Shown here piece by piece: positions 1 to 10,476 of a DNA stretch of 64,000 bases (the stretch's first letter is position 1; each line of letters opens with the position of its first letter). The stretch covers positions 1,218 through 65,217 of the forward strand of contig CABSQV010000008.1 of NCBI GenBank assembly GCA_902479935.1. The letters are read 5' to 3'. The stretch is from an uncultured Streptococcus sp. (lineage in GTDB: Bacteria > Bacillota > Bacilli > Lactobacillales > Aerococcaceae). The notes beneath the pieces were generated by a model, which did no database searches, was not told where the DNA came from, and saw only the letters and a program-made list of their open reading frames with translations. The position numbers and the translations under genes were made by a program.

Positions 1-171
1 GATTTTACCATCAATCGCTCCGCCTTTATCATTTTTGATTTCTAGCTTTGTGATTGTGTCAACCGTTTTAGTCGTTTCCGCATTTGCGGTACGTCCACCA
101 AAAAGGAACAACATTGTTAAAGTCACAATTAAAAATGAAAAATATTTGAAATAATTTCTTTTAAAATTCAT
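1..171 (-). CDS. Secreted or surface protein, N-terminal fragment; the gene continues beyond the window start
   Basis: ATG at 171..169 on the minus strand. My translation is MNFKRNYFKYFSFLIVTLTMLFLFGGRTANAETTK..., a signal-peptide-like N-terminus. The frame stays open to position 1. Confidence 0.5.
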   Translation of the reverse strand, partial: MNFKRNYFKYFSFLIVTLTMLFLFGGRTANAETTKTVDTITKLEIKNDKGGAIDGKI

Positions 172-915
172 TTTTTTAACATCCTTCCATTATTTTTTTT
201 TGATATATTCACATTATACAATTTTTCCCCTAAAAAGCAACAGTTTTACTAAAAAATATTATTACAGATATTTATCATTTAATTTATATATATTTTACCT
301 CTCATATTTCAGTACTACTTAGATTGTTTTTTTGATATATTATCTTAATACTTTTGGCTAATTTCTTAAGAATAATTTTGAACTATACCAAGTATAATAT
401 TTTTTTACAATATTTATCTTTTAACGAACTATGAAATTTATAATACAATTCTATTGTATCAACTACATCATATATTATAGTAGAAAATACTTTCATATTA
501 TTAGTGCTATTCATAAATCTTTTACGTTTTTTAAATGTACTCATTAACTATTATCAACTTATTTTTTCTGTATTAATTTTACTAACAAAAAAATTTCATC
601 TTCATTCTTAAAAAATAAGACAATCAAAAATGTGAAGCGCACCCCAAAAATTAGATTTTTTGTCTATCTTTTGGGGTGCACTTCACATTTCTCACTTCTT
701 GGGTCAGTCACAATTTTGTGACTGTTTTTTATTTATAAGTATATTCTCTAAAAGTAAAGTAGAAATTGATAGCCTATATTCATGCCCAAATGTTAAATTT
801 GGATATCATTATTTCTACATTATTAATTAGTTTTAAATAAAAATATTACATTATTTTATAAGAAGTTAACTCTGAACAATCAATAGCTTAATTATCTTTA
901 ATAATATTGCTTGTA

Positions 916-2721
916 CTAATCGAGTTCGATTTGGCCTGTGTATAGTTTGTAGTAGATTCCGCGTTTTTCCATAAGACTCTCATGGTCTCCGCGTTCGATA
1001 ATCTCACCGTGATCCATTACCATAATCACATCTGAATTACGAATCGTAGATAAACGGTGGGCAATTACAAATGAAGTACGACCTTCCATCAATTGGTCCA
1101 TACCACGTGAAATCAACGCTTCTGTATGGCTATCGATTGAGCTTGTTGCTTCATCTAGAATTAATACTTTAGGATTTGCAACGGCAGCACGTGCAATAGC
1201 GAGTAATTGACGTTGCCCTTGAGACAAGCCTTCGCCGTCCCCTGTAATTTCTGTTTGATACCCTTGTGGAAGACGTTTAATAAAACTGTGGGCGTTGGCA
1301 AGTTTAGCCGCTTTAATAACTTCATCATCCGTTGCATCCAAGTTCCCATAACGAATATTATCCGCAATCGTTCCAGTAAATAAATGCGTGTCTTGCAACA
1401 CGATAGAAATCGTCTTACGTAAGTCATCTTTCTTAATTCTCGTCACTGGAATCTCATCGAAAGTAATGACCCCAGAATCAATTTCGTAGAAACGGTTAAT
1501 TAAGTTTGTAATGGTTGTTTTACCAGCACCCGTTGCTCCAACAAAGGCTACCTTCAATCCTGGTTCAGCCCATACATTGATATCTTTTAAAATACGCACA
1601 CCTGGCACATAGCCAAAGTCAACATTGTGTAGTTGGATGTTTCCGACAACTGGAATACGTTTGTCACCATCCAGCCAGTACCATTGTTTTGGATCGCGTT
1701 GGTCCAAAGTAACAGTTCCTTCATCCACTTCTGGTTCTTCACGAAGAATTGCAAAAATCCGTTCTGCCCCGGCCATCGCACTAAGAAGTACATTCATTTG
1801 TTGAGACATTTGAGCAAGTGGTTGTGCGAATGTTCTTGAGAATTGTAAGAACGAGGCAAGGCCCCCGATATCCATCCAATTAATAACCACTAAGTACCCA
1901 CCAACTGCTGCCGTAATCGCATAGTTCACGTAACTGATGTTTCCTAAGATTGGGAACATGATAGCCGAATAGAATTGTGCGTTATTTGCAGCTTCTTGAA
2001 GTTCAATGTTGAGTTTATCAAATTCATCAAGCACTTTATGTTCGTGGTTAAATACTTTAACGACTTTTTGTCCTTCAATATGCTCTTCCACGAATCCATT
2101 CACTTGTCCAAGAATTGCTTGTTGCGCAGCGAATTGCTTCCCTGATTTCGCACCCAATTTTTTCACAATTTGGAACATCAAGAATACCATTGCAATTAAA
2201 AGCACTGTTAAGATTGGTGAAAGAATCATCATCATCACAAATGTCAATACTAATTGAAGTGTTGAGCTGATAATCATTAACATGCTATTGTTAAACGCAT
2301 TTTGAATATTTTCAAAGTCGTTTGTAAAGCGAGACATTAAGTCCCCGTGCTTATTCGTATCAAAGAAACGAATTGGCAGGCTTTGAATGTGGTTGAATAA
2401 ATCTGCACGCATTTTTTCGATGGTATTTTGTCCAACGGTTATCATTAAGCGTGCTGAGAAGTAGCTGGCTGCTGCTCCTAGTACATACACAATAGCGATA
2501 AACCCAAGCATTTTTGCTAGACCCGCTAAGTCACCTGTAGCAATAAAATCATTGATTAACGGACGAATCGCATATGTTCCGATAATTCCGGATGCACTTG
2601 AAACGATTAAGCAGACCACTACAACTGCAAGAGTCCATTTACTCTTCCATAAATAACCCCATAAATCTGCCAAAGTTTTTTTCATATTTTCTGGACGTTT
2701 CGGCCCTTTATTTCTATTCAT
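916..2721 (-). CDS. ABC transporter, fused permease/ATP-binding subunit (heterodimeric multidrug-exporter type, second gene of the pair)
   Basis: 601-aa ORF with six N-terminal TM helices. It carries Walker A GATGAGKTT, signature LSQGQRQ and Walker B ILILDEATS. It overlaps the upstream partner gene by 8 nt. Confidence 0.9.
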   Translation of the reverse strand: MNRNKGPKRPENMKKTLADLWGYLWKSKWTLAVVVVCLIVSSASGIIGTYAIRPLINDFIATGDLAGLAKMLGFIAIVYVLGAAASYFSARLMITVGQNTIEKMRADLFNHIQSLPIRFFDTNKHGDLMSRFTNDFENIQNAFNNSMLMIISSTLQLVLTFVMMMILSPILTVLLIAMVFLMFQIVKKLGAKSGKQFAAQQAILGQVNGFVEEHIEGQKVVKVFNHEHKVLDEFDKLNIELQEAANNAQFYSAIMFPILGNISYVNYAITAAVGGYLVVINWMDIGGLASFLQFSRTFAQPLAQMSQQMNVLLSAMAGAERIFAILREEPEVDEGTVTLDQRDPKQWYWLDGDKRIPVVGNIQLHNVDFGYVPGVRILKDINVWAEPGLKVAFVGATGAGKTTITNLINRFYEIDSGVITFDEIPVTRIKKDDLRKTISIVLQDTHLFTGTIADNIRYGNLDATDDEVIKAAKLANAHSFIKRLPQGYQTEITGDGEGLSQGQRQLLAIARAAVANPKVLILDEATSSIDSHTEALISRGMDQLMEGRTSFVIAHRLSTIRNSDVIMVMDHGEIIERGDHESLMEKRGIYYKLYTGQIELD

Positions 2722-4450
2722 CTCCTTTGGCTCCTTTCATTTGGGTTTCGTAAATATCACGATACAAGTCGTTTGTTTCCATTAACTCTTGGTGAGTTCC
2801 AAGTCCACCTACTTTACCATCTTCTAAGACAAGAATATTATCTGCACCTTGGATAGATGAAATACGTTGAGCAATAATAATCACCGTTGTATCTGGTAAA
2901 TGGTTAAAGAACGCTTCACGGATTTTCGAGTCAGTCGCTGTATCCACTGCTGAAGTTGAATCGTCTAGAATTAACACGGCTGGCTTACGTAACATCGCAC
3001 GAGCAATTGTAAGACGTTGTTTTTGTCCACCCGAGAAGTTTGACCCACCTTGTTCTACACGAGTGTCGTATCCATCTGGCATTTCCATAATGAAGTCATG
3101 CGCTTGAGCGTTTTTTGCTGCTTGGATCATCTCTTCTTCTGTAGCGTCTGGATTTCCCCATAAGAGGTTCTCACGAATTGTTCCAGAGAATAACGTGTTC
3201 TTTTGTAATACCATCGATACGTTTTGACGTAAATCTGCAAAACGATATTCGCGAACATCATGTCCACCAACACGAACCGTACCAGCAGTTGTGTCATAGA
3301 GTCGAGGAATCAACTGCACAAGAGAAGATTTTCCTGAACCTGTTGGCCCGATAATCCCGAATACTTCACCTGGTTTAATCTTAAAGCTGATATCGCTTAA
3401 CACTTCTTCATCTTGTTGTTTTCCATAAGAGAAATGAACATGGTCGAATTCTACTTCCCCATAGACTTTGTCCACAGTGATTGGATATTCTGGTTCTTCG
3501 ACATCGATGTTTGTATCTAACACTTCGAAGATACGGTCCATAGAAGCTTTTGTCATGGTTAACATGACGAATACGAATGAAATCATCATGAGTGACATCA
3601 AGATTTGGGTAATATAAGAAATGAAACTGATAAGGTCCCCTGTTGTCATCGTTCCGCTAATAACGAGTCCACCACCGAACCACATTACTGCAATCGTTAC
3701 TGCATAAATGGTTAATTGCATGATCGGGTTATTCCACATCACAACATACATTGCATGTAGGGCACGTTCTCTAAATGTAGAGTTTTCTTTACCGAATTTT
3801 TTCTTCTCGAATGTTTCACGTACGAATGATTTTACAACGCGAATACCGATAAAGTTTTCTTGCAAGGTACGGTTAATGCCGTCAGTTGCTTGTTGTAATT
3901 TTCTAAAGCGTGGAAAGGCTGTAGAAATGATTAACGCTAATGAAAGGACTAAGATTGGTACAGCAACCATGAAGATAAGAGATAATTGCGCATTGATACT
4001 TACCGCAAAGAAGATAGCAAAGATAAACATCATTGGCGCACGCGCTAAAATACGCATCGTCATAATGGCTGTATTTTGAACATTGTTGACGTCACTTGTC
4101 ATACGCGTAATTAAAGATGCATTTGAAAAGTGATCAATATTCTTAAATGAGAAAGCTTGAATTTTCTTCATTTCAGCAGAACGTAACTCTGCAGCTACTC
4201 CTGTTCCAGCAATCGATGCAAATTTTGCACCTAGTACTCCGGCAGATAGGGATATAATTGCAACCGCAACCATAATCAACCCTTGTTGCACAACATAGCC
4301 TAAGTCTTTATTCGGAATCCCTTCGTCGATAATTTGCTTCATAATAATCGGTTGCGCTACTTCACAGAGCACCTCGATTAAGATGGCAAAAAAAGCTAAG
4401 AAAGGATATTTTTTATACTTACTAAAAAACGGAATAATCTGTTTTAGCAT
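2714..4450 (-). CDS. ABC transporter, fused permease/ATP-binding subunit (first gene of the pair)
   Basis: Walker A GPTGSGKSS, signature FSGGQKQR, Walker B LILDDSTSA. I moved the start to ATG at 4450 (MLKQIIPFF) because a GGAG RBS precedes it. The track start at 4519 lacks an RBS. Confidence 0.9.
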   Translation of the reverse strand: MLKQIIPFFSKYKKYPFLAFFAILIEVLCEVAQPIIMKQIIDEGIPNKDLGYVVQQGLIMVAVAIISLSAGVLGAKFASIAGTGVAAELRSAEMKKIQAFSFKNIDHFSNASLITRMTSDVNNVQNTAIMTMRILARAPMMFIFAIFFAVSINAQLSLIFMVAVPILVLSLALIISTAFPRFRKLQQATDGINRTLQENFIGIRVVKSFVRETFEKKKFGKENSTFRERALHAMYVVMWNNPIMQLTIYAVTIAVMWFGGGLVISGTMTTGDLISFISYITQILMSLMMISFVFVMLTMTKASMDRIFEVLDTNIDVEEPEYPITVDKVYGEVEFDHVHFSYGKQQDEEVLSDISFKIKPGEVFGIIGPTGSGKSSLVQLIPRLYDTTAGTVRVGGHDVREYRFADLRQNVSMVLQKNTLFSGTIRENLLWGNPDATEEEMIQAAKNAQAHDFIMEMPDGYDTRVEQGGSNFSGGQKQRLTIARAMLRKPAVLILDDSTSAVDTATDSKIREAFFNHLPDTTVIIIAQRISSIQGADNILVLEDGKVGGLGTHQELMETNDLYRDIYETQMKGAKGDE

Positions 4451-4743
4451 TTTTTCACTCCTTTTTAATGATTTTAGATAATAAAAAACCGCCTTTGAGG
4501 ACCTCTCAAAGACAAGCAATTAGCTACGAATTACTATAATCAGTTTATCAACTTTTCTATTAGTTTTCAATCGATTGCCCTTCAAATTTTAATTGAATTT
4601 TCATCTTTAGTGTATACTATTTTTCTCTAAAAAATTAAGCGCACACTTCAGAATTCACAGCCGAAATGTGCCTGTGTTTTGTGTTCAGTGCGCGATTTAT
4701 GGTACAATGAGCGCAACGAAATTTTAGAAAGCGAGGGACTCCA

Positions 4744-6234
4744 GTGTCCACAATTCAATACATTAGTACACGAGACACAAACAACCGCGTTACAGCTTCA
4801 CAAGCCATTTTAAAAGGAATTGCTGAAGACGGTGGTTTATATGTACCGACTGCCCTCCCAGAAGTGACTCTGGACTGGGAAATGTTAAAAACTCAAAGTT
4901 ATCAAGAAATTGCAATCGAAATTTTATCTGCCTTTTTAACAGATTTTACAAAAGAAGAAATTACAAACTGCGTGCATTCTGCATACGACACAACGTTTGA
5001 TACAAAAGAAATCGCACCAGTGAAGAAAGTTGGCGACCGTCATTTCATGGAACTTTTCCACGGAAGAACCATCGCCTTCAAGGATATGGCGCTATCTATC
5101 TTGCCATACCTCCTTACAACTGCAGCAAAGAAAAATCAATCCGATAAAGATATCGTCATTTTAACAGCGACTTCTGGAGACACTGGTAAAGCAGCTCTTG
5201 CAGGATTTGCGGATGTTCCTCATACAAACATCATCGTCTTTTATCCAAAAGGTGGTGTCAGTACGATTCAAGAACGCCAAATGGTGACACAAGCTGGCGA
5301 CAATACATTCGTCTACGGTGTAGAAGGAAACTTCGATGACGCACAAACAAAAGTGAAAGAGTTATTTGCCGATAAAGAACTAAACGCAACTCTTGCAGAA
5401 AAAGGATTCCAATTCTCTTCTGCAAACTCCATCAACATTGGACGTCTTTGCCCACAAATCGTATACTACGTATTCGCGTATGCACAATTAGTGAAAGATG
5501 GTACTCTTACTATTGGCTCCCCAATGAACGTTGTGGTTCCGACTGGTAACTTCGGTAACATTCTAGCAGCCTACTACGCAAAAGGTATCGGTGTTCCAAT
5601 CAATAAACTCATCTGTGCTTCAAACGAAAATGATGTGCTTGTTGATTTCTTCCAAACAGGAACATACAACCGACTACGTGAATTTAAATTAACAAGTTCT
5701 CCAAGTATGGATATTCTTGTTTCAAGTAACCTTGAACGTTTCGTGTTCGAATTAACAGGACGCAGCTCGAAGGAAACAAACATACTTATGACTTCTCTAA
5801 AAGAAAACGGAAGCTATTCTGTTCCAAATACAGATACAGCTCTATTCCAACAATTTTACGGAAACCGTGCCAGCCAAGAAGAAACGGCTCAAACGATTCA
5901 TGATGTATTCAAGAGCGAGCACTACTTATTAGATCCACACACTGCGGTCGCAGACGCTGTGTATACGAAATATAAGAAAGAAACAGGAGACGAAACTCCT
6001 ACAGTGGTGGTATCGACAGCTAGTCCATACAAATTCCCGCAAAGCGTTCTTTCAGCTCTAGACGTGGATACGAATCAATCTGACGCAGAACTCATGGATG
6101 CGATTCAACAAGAAAGCGGCATTGCCATTCCAACAGCTGTCACAAGCGTATTGGATGCGCCAATCCGTCATACAAAAGTTCTTTCTATCGAAGGCATGAA
6201 ACAATCAGTCCTTGATTCATTAAACATTCAATAA
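4744..6234 (+). CDS. thrC: Threonine synthase
   Basis: 496-aa ORF with a GTG start after a GAGGGA RBS. It has the PLP-enzyme pattern (FKDMALS lysine motif) typical of long-form ThrC. Confidence 0.9.
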   Translation: MSTIQYISTRDTNNRVTASQAILKGIAEDGGLYVPTALPEVTLDWEMLKTQSYQEIAIEILSAFLTDFTKEEITNCVHSAYDTTFDTKEIAPVKKVGDRHFMELFHGRTIAFKDMALSILPYLLTTAAKKNQSDKDIVILTATSGDTGKAALAGFADVPHTNIIVFYPKGGVSTIQERQMVTQAGDNTFVYGVEGNFDDAQTKVKELFADKELNATLAEKGFQFSSANSINIGRLCPQIVYYVFAYAQLVKDGTLTIGSPMNVVVPTGNFGNILAAYYAKGIGVPINKLICASNENDVLVDFFQTGTYNRLREFKLTSSPSMDILVSSNLERFVFELTGRSSKETNILMTSLKENGSYSVPNTDTALFQQFYGNRASQEETAQTIHDVFKSEHYLLDPHTAVADAVYTKYKKETGDETPTVVVSTASPYKFPQSVLSALDVDTNQSDAELMDAIQQESGIAIPTAVTSVLDAPIRHTKVLSIEGMKQSVLDSLNIQ

Positions 6235-6242
6235 AACAAATA

Positions 6243-6288
6243 AAGACAAGAAATAGTTCATTCCACTATTTCTTGTCTTCTTTTTTAT
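6243..6288. terminator. Bidirectional intrinsic terminator between thrC and the nitroreductase gene
   Basis: Stem aagacaagaaatag / ctatttcttgtctt, flanked by an A-run on one side and a T-run on the other. Confidence 0.75.
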
Positions 6289-7034
6289 TCTTCAGTTAAG
6301 AACCCTTGTGCTTTTAATACATCGAGCATTTCAGCACGTTTAGCCCCAAGCGTGTGGTATTTCGTAGAAACTTGTTTTGTAAAAGCATCTACACGTCGGT
6401 TAGCATCACGAAGGTCGTAATATTCTGTTACTATCGCATCATACTCTTTCAACTCTTCTAGTGGATTCTCCAGTTCACGGTATCCATTTTCCATATGAAT
6501 GACTTCTTTTGGAAGACGCGGTTTTAATTGTGGCTCTTGGGAGGGCCAACCTACCGCTAACCCGATTGCTAGATAAGTGTATTTAGGTAAATTTAGTAAC
6601 TCGACGATTTTTGCTTTGTCGTTAAAGAAACTTCCTAGATACACAGTCCCCATCCCTAAAGATTCTGCCGCTACAACAACATTTTGCGCTGCAATCACCG
6701 CATCTGTTAATCCTGATACGAAACGGTCTGCGCTCCCTTGAACGCCTACTTCTTGTCCTAAGGCTTTAGCAATTTCCGTATTACGACGTTGATCCACCAC
6801 GAATACAAATAGATGTCCGTTGTTAGCCACATATGGTTGCCCACTCACAGCTGCTAATTCTTTTTTTAATTCTGGTTCCGTCACACTAATAATCGAATAG
6901 GCTTGTAAGTACATACTTGAAGCTGTTCTTTGCGCCACTTCTAGAAGTAAATCCACTTCCTCTTTTGTTAAAGGTTTGTCTTCAAACGCACGAATTGTAC
7001 GGTGATTGAGTTGTGTTTTGATGGTTTCATTCAT
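6285..7034 (-). CDS. Oxygen-insensitive NADPH nitroreductase (NfsA/NfrA family)
   Basis: 249 aa. The N-terminus LNHRTIRAF..PLT is typical of the nitroreductase family, and length and motifs fit NfrA-like FMN reductases. Confidence 0.85.
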   Translation of the reverse strand: MNETIKTQLNHRTIRAFEDKPLTKEEVDLLLEVAQRTASSMYLQAYSIISVTEPELKKELAAVSGQPYVANNGHLFVFVVDQRRNTEIAKALGQEVGVQGSADRFVSGLTDAVIAAQNVVVAAESLGMGTVYLGSFFNDKAKIVELLNLPKYTYLAIGLAVGWPSQEPQLKPRLPKEVIHMENGYRELENPLEELKEYDAIVTEYYDLRDANRRVDAFTKQVSTKYHTLGAKRAEMLDVLKAQGFLTEE

Positions 7035-7090
7035 TTTGATTACTCCTTTGTATCAAAAAAAGAGTCGACTGCTCAACTCTTTTTGTTTTT

Positions 7091-7774
7091 TTAGAAATAT
7101 TGTTTACCTGTTTCCAAGGCTGCTTCTGGCATAATCACTTCGCCGTATTCTTTTAATACTTCCCATGAAATTCTTGAGGACTCGGCGTACTCGCGGATAA
7201 GAGCCATTTTTGAAGCCACTTCTTCTGGCTTTTCTACTTGATGGAAAACGTGTAAGAAGTAATGTCCGCTGTAACGGTAAAGAACCGATTGGTCAAATTC
7301 GCCTGAGGCTTCTTTTGCCATCGAGACGAAATCTTCGAAGTCTTCAAAGACAACTGTTACATCGATTGGTTTCAATGCAGAAGATTTATCTTCAGTATTA
7401 ATGACTGGTTTTGGAGAAATTTTCCCTTCTTCTTTATCCTCTTTACGCTTCTTCCCAATACGATCTGTTAGCGAATGTTGAATCGTATCCACGATATTGC
7501 GCACCATACGCTCGTCTGTCGATTCATCTCCCATGTCCACAATACGTGTGACATAGAGTTCTAGACCGTCTGGATTTGGCATGATTTGGAAGCTCAAACC
7601 GTCTGAATCTTCGAATTGATTCAAGACGCCCATCTCCTCTAAAATACTATGGAAAAAGCCTTCGATTTCGCCTGGATTTCCAAGTAATTCAGGTATTGAT
7701 GTACCACGGTCGATTAGATCTTGGTTCTCGATACGCAACAAGAATGTATCGTCGTTAATGCGTTCCATTTCCAT
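7091..7774 (-). CDS. mecA: Adaptor protein MecA
   Basis: The N-terminus MEMERINDDTFLLRIENQDLIDRG resembles MecA. Start set to ATG at 7774, preceded by a GGGGTGA RBS. The GTG at 7783 in the track lies inside that RBS. Confidence 0.85.
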   Translation of the reverse strand: MEMERINDDTFLLRIENQDLIDRGTSIPELLGNPGEIEGFFHSILEEMGVLNQFEDSDGLSFQIMPNPDGLELYVTRIVDMGDESTDERMVRNIVDTIQHSLTDRIGKKRKEDKEEGKISPKPVINTEDKSSALKPIDVTVVFEDFEDFVSMAKEASGEFDQSVLYRYSGHYFLHVFHQVEKPEEVASKMALIREYAESSRISWEVLKEYGEVIMPEAALETGKQYF

Positions 7775-7960
7775 AATATTCACCCCTTTTTACCCTATCT
7801 ATCTATTCTAGACCAAACCTGACAAAAATAAAAGAAATACGATTGGAACATGAATACGAATTGGTTGGTGCTTTGGATGGATGTGCAGAAACATTATAAA
7901 GTAAAGGAATACTTTTTTGGTAAAGAAAGAAGATTCCCTGAATCCTTGCGGATTCTCTTT

Positions 7961-8090
7961 ATAATCGCTGTTACGGGGCACCGGTGTAAGCCTTGGTCTT
8001 ACACCTTCGAAGCTTCAAACGCGGAGTAAGGGACAAGTCCTGTACTCCGCGTAATTCACATTCGATGCGATTCCCCGTTACTGCGATTAT
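7961..8090 (+). repeat. Structured intergenic repeat, copy 1 (core plus inner inverted repeat)
   Basis: Closing stem ataatcgctgttacgggg / ccccgttactgcgattat. It encloses hairpin ggtgtaag-ccttggt-cttacacc, the motif gaagcttcaaa, and hairpin cgcggagtaaggg..cctgtactccgcg followed by taattc. Confidence 0.9.
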
Positions 8091-8267
8091 AAAATCCGCA
8101 GGCTTCTTTGGAATCTTCTTTTTAAATATATTTTCTACTAAATTTCTGCCATCCATCCTAAGCTAATTTGTAAATATAACTCCTTCGTATTTCTTATTTT
8201 TGGAAGGTGGAAATGATGGGAAGTGACCGCGAAACGACGATACTTCTTCTCTTTTTATAAATAAGGC

Positions 8268-9425
8268 TTAGGCTTTTCTTAGGGTGAGGCCGAATTGTCT
8301 TGTTCGGATATGTTGGATGCTAAAGGCTAGTGCTGCATACAAGATTCCGAATAAGAGAACCATACCTAGATTCATAGCATAGCTTGAGAATTCTAGCGAT
8401 GGGTTTTCGGTTGCAGTGATGACATAATACACTGGGAAAAATTTCGCGATGCTAATGGCTACTGGATTGAGCAACTCTAACGGAACGAAAATCCCTGAGA
8501 TAAAGGATACTCCCATCCCCACTACCGTACTTGCTGCAGAATAACCATACGTGTTATCCCCGATAATGACCGAGCATAGGAATGCCAGTGCATAGGCTGT
8601 AAGTGCTGACGCGAAAGTGAGCATTAATGCCTTTGGAGCACCCGCACTAATATAGAAGCTTGGTGCCACAATGGCTACGAATAGTAAGTTGATTCCAACG
8701 ATTATTCCAACAACTGTTAAGCCACCAAGGAATTTTTCAATCATTACTTGGTTTACACTCTTCATACCGATAATAATTCGTTTTGCGACTTCATCATTTT
8801 CAAGTAAGGCAAAGATTAATCCAAGCAAGAAGATAAATACTGAGATATAAACGAATGGTGTATACGCAAAGTAGATTTCACCAAATTTTGCATAGTAATC
8901 GTCATCCTTAAGTGTGGTGTCTTTTGAAATGACACTTACAGTTGCTTGCTCGCTTAAAATCTTATTCATATTCTCAACGTTAAAGTTACCTTGATTTTTC
9001 AATACAACCGCATAGCGAATATAGGAATTAACGTACTCACGAAGGACATTTCCGTTCAGTGAATTTCCAATTTCTATTTTGACAGCAGATTCCCCATTGT
9101 TGATTCTTGTATCAACATCCGATGGAATCCAAAGCGCGCCATCTACATCATTTCCATAGACAGCTTCTTTCATGCTGTTATCGCTATTGGTTGTGAGTAT
9201 GACTTTATGATCTTTTTGAAGTGCGGCAATGAGCGCGTTGATAATTTCGCTACTGCCATCTGATTCGTCTTTAATCAAGACTTTATATTGAGTATCTTTG
9301 AAACCTGTGACTTCGTTGTTTCCTAGCACTTGCGAAAGGCCCATTGCCATAAAGATGACTAGGAAAATAATCGCATATGATTTTAATCGATAAGCAAGTT
9401 TTAGAAAATATTTATAGACTATCAT
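8268..9425 (-). CDS. ABC-2 type transporter permease
   Basis: 385 aa. An N-terminal TM helix is followed by a large extracytoplasmic loop and a C-terminal bundle of TM helices. Third gene of the ATPase-permease-permease operon. Confidence 0.8.
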   Translation of the reverse strand: MIVYKYFLKLAYRLKSYAIIFLVIFMAMGLSQVLGNNEVTGFKDTQYKVLIKDESDGSSEIINALIAALQKDHKVILTTNSDNSMKEAVYGNDVDGALWIPSDVDTRINNGESAVKIEIGNSLNGNVLREYVNSYIRYAVVLKNQGNFNVENMNKILSEQATVSVISKDTTLKDDDYYAKFGEIYFAYTPFVYISVFIFLLGLIFALLENDEVAKRIIIGMKSVNQVMIEKFLGGLTVVGIIVGINLLFVAIVAPSFYISAGAPKALMLTFASALTAYALAFLCSVIIGDNTYGYSAASTVVGMGVSFISGIFVPLELLNPVAISIAKFFPVYYVITATENPSLEFSSYAMNLGMVLLFGILYAALAFSIQHIRTRQFGLTLRKA

Positions 9426-10476
9426 AACGTGTTCTCCTTAATCTCCATAGTGCACATCCTAGAAGTGCTAGTGTATATGCGCCGAGTAATAAATAGGTTC
9501 TACCAAGATCCGCACTTCCTACAAGGCGATTTAATTGATAAAATCCTGTAACCATTAATGCGACTGGATTAAATTGGTTAAACCCAGGCATAAAGGTATT
9601 GGCAAATCCTTTCATTGCCGTTCCCATCATTCCCGCAAGTGCTGAAAGGACGAGGTTTGTAATTAACGCGAAGATAATTCTTCCCTGAATGGTTAGTTTT
9701 TGATTAGTTCCAATAAGAAGCCCTGCTGCAATTCCGAATACATTTCCTAGCAACATGAGAAGGAGGCTTCCTGCCCAATCTGCAAATAGATTAATTTTCA
9801 ATACTTGTGTCGTATAGACCAGCATGATTGCATTTGAGGCGATATTGAGTAATAAACCAATCATAAAGCAGTTGATTATGAGTTTGCCTTTGCTAAATGG
9901 GCTACCCATAATCCGGCGCCCAATTGGCGATAAGTTTCCGTTTAAGTATGCTGCACAAACGACACCACTAAACAACGAGTACATCGTGAAACTTGCAATC
10001 GCTGTGTAAAATAACATCGTCCCTTGACTGACATCTGTCGTCTCCTGCGTCACCCAGCTCTTTTTAAAGTCGATAGATGCTGCGCCTCGTCCAAGGCTTT
10101 GCACTTGTTTGATTTGTGTCGCTACATTTTTCAACACGCTTTGTGGAATCCCCATCGATTGGCTAACCACCACATCTAAGTTCTTTTCAAGAAATCCGTC
10201 TGCTTTATCCTCTGTGACGAGTGCTTTCCCTGCTTCTTCTGACTCTACATCGATAATTTCGAAGTAATCTCCAGCTTGTTCAAACACATGGTGATATGGG
10301 TTGTCGGCTGTCATGGCTACGCGAACCGTCCCCATGTCTTGTTCCATGATTCCTGAAAAGGATACGAAATAGAGTGAAATCAAGATAATTGGATAGAGTA
10401 ACACCCAAAACGAGAATGAAAAATCTTTTAAGGCGTCTTTTGATAAATACGTAAATAGCTTTAAGAATGTCTTCAT
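9412..10476 (-). CDS. ABC-2 type transporter permease
   Basis: 354 aa with the same topology as its neighbour. It overlaps the neighbouring genes by 14 nt and 4 nt, so translational coupling is likely. Confidence 0.8.
   Translation of the reverse strand: MKTFLKLFTYLSKDALKDFSFSFWVLLYPIILISLYFVSFSGIMEQDMGTVRVAMTADNPYHHVFEQAGDYFEIIDVESEEAGKALVTEDKADGFLEKNLDVVVSQSMGIPQSVLKNVATQIKQVQSLGRGAASIDFKKSWVTQETTDVSQGTMLFYTAIASFTMYSLFSGVVCAAYLNGNLSPIGRRIMGSPFSKGKLIINCFMIGLLLNIASNAIMLVYTTQVLKINLFADWAGSLLLMLLGNVFGIAAGLLIGTNQKLTIQGRIIFALITNLVLSALAGMMGTAMKGFANTFMPGFNQFNPVALMVTGFYQLNRLVGSADLGRTYLLLGAYTLALLGCALWRLRRTRYDSL

Noticed and set aside
386-544. 53-aa minus-strand ORF (MSTFKKRKRF...) in the AT-rich spacer.
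   Set aside because: It has no RBS, AT-driven codon content (Lys/Asn/Ile/Tyr rich) and no recognisable motif. It is likely a chance ORF.
7971-8156. 61-aa ORF, with similar small ORFs at 16599-16790, 56080-56271 and 55977-56282. Their translations resemble each other (e.g. GN.IECEL.GV...TP.LKL).
   Set aside because: They lie entirely within copies of the structured repeat. Their similarity comes from DNA repetition. Other copies, such as copy 5, carry stops in the equivalent frame, and none has an RBS.
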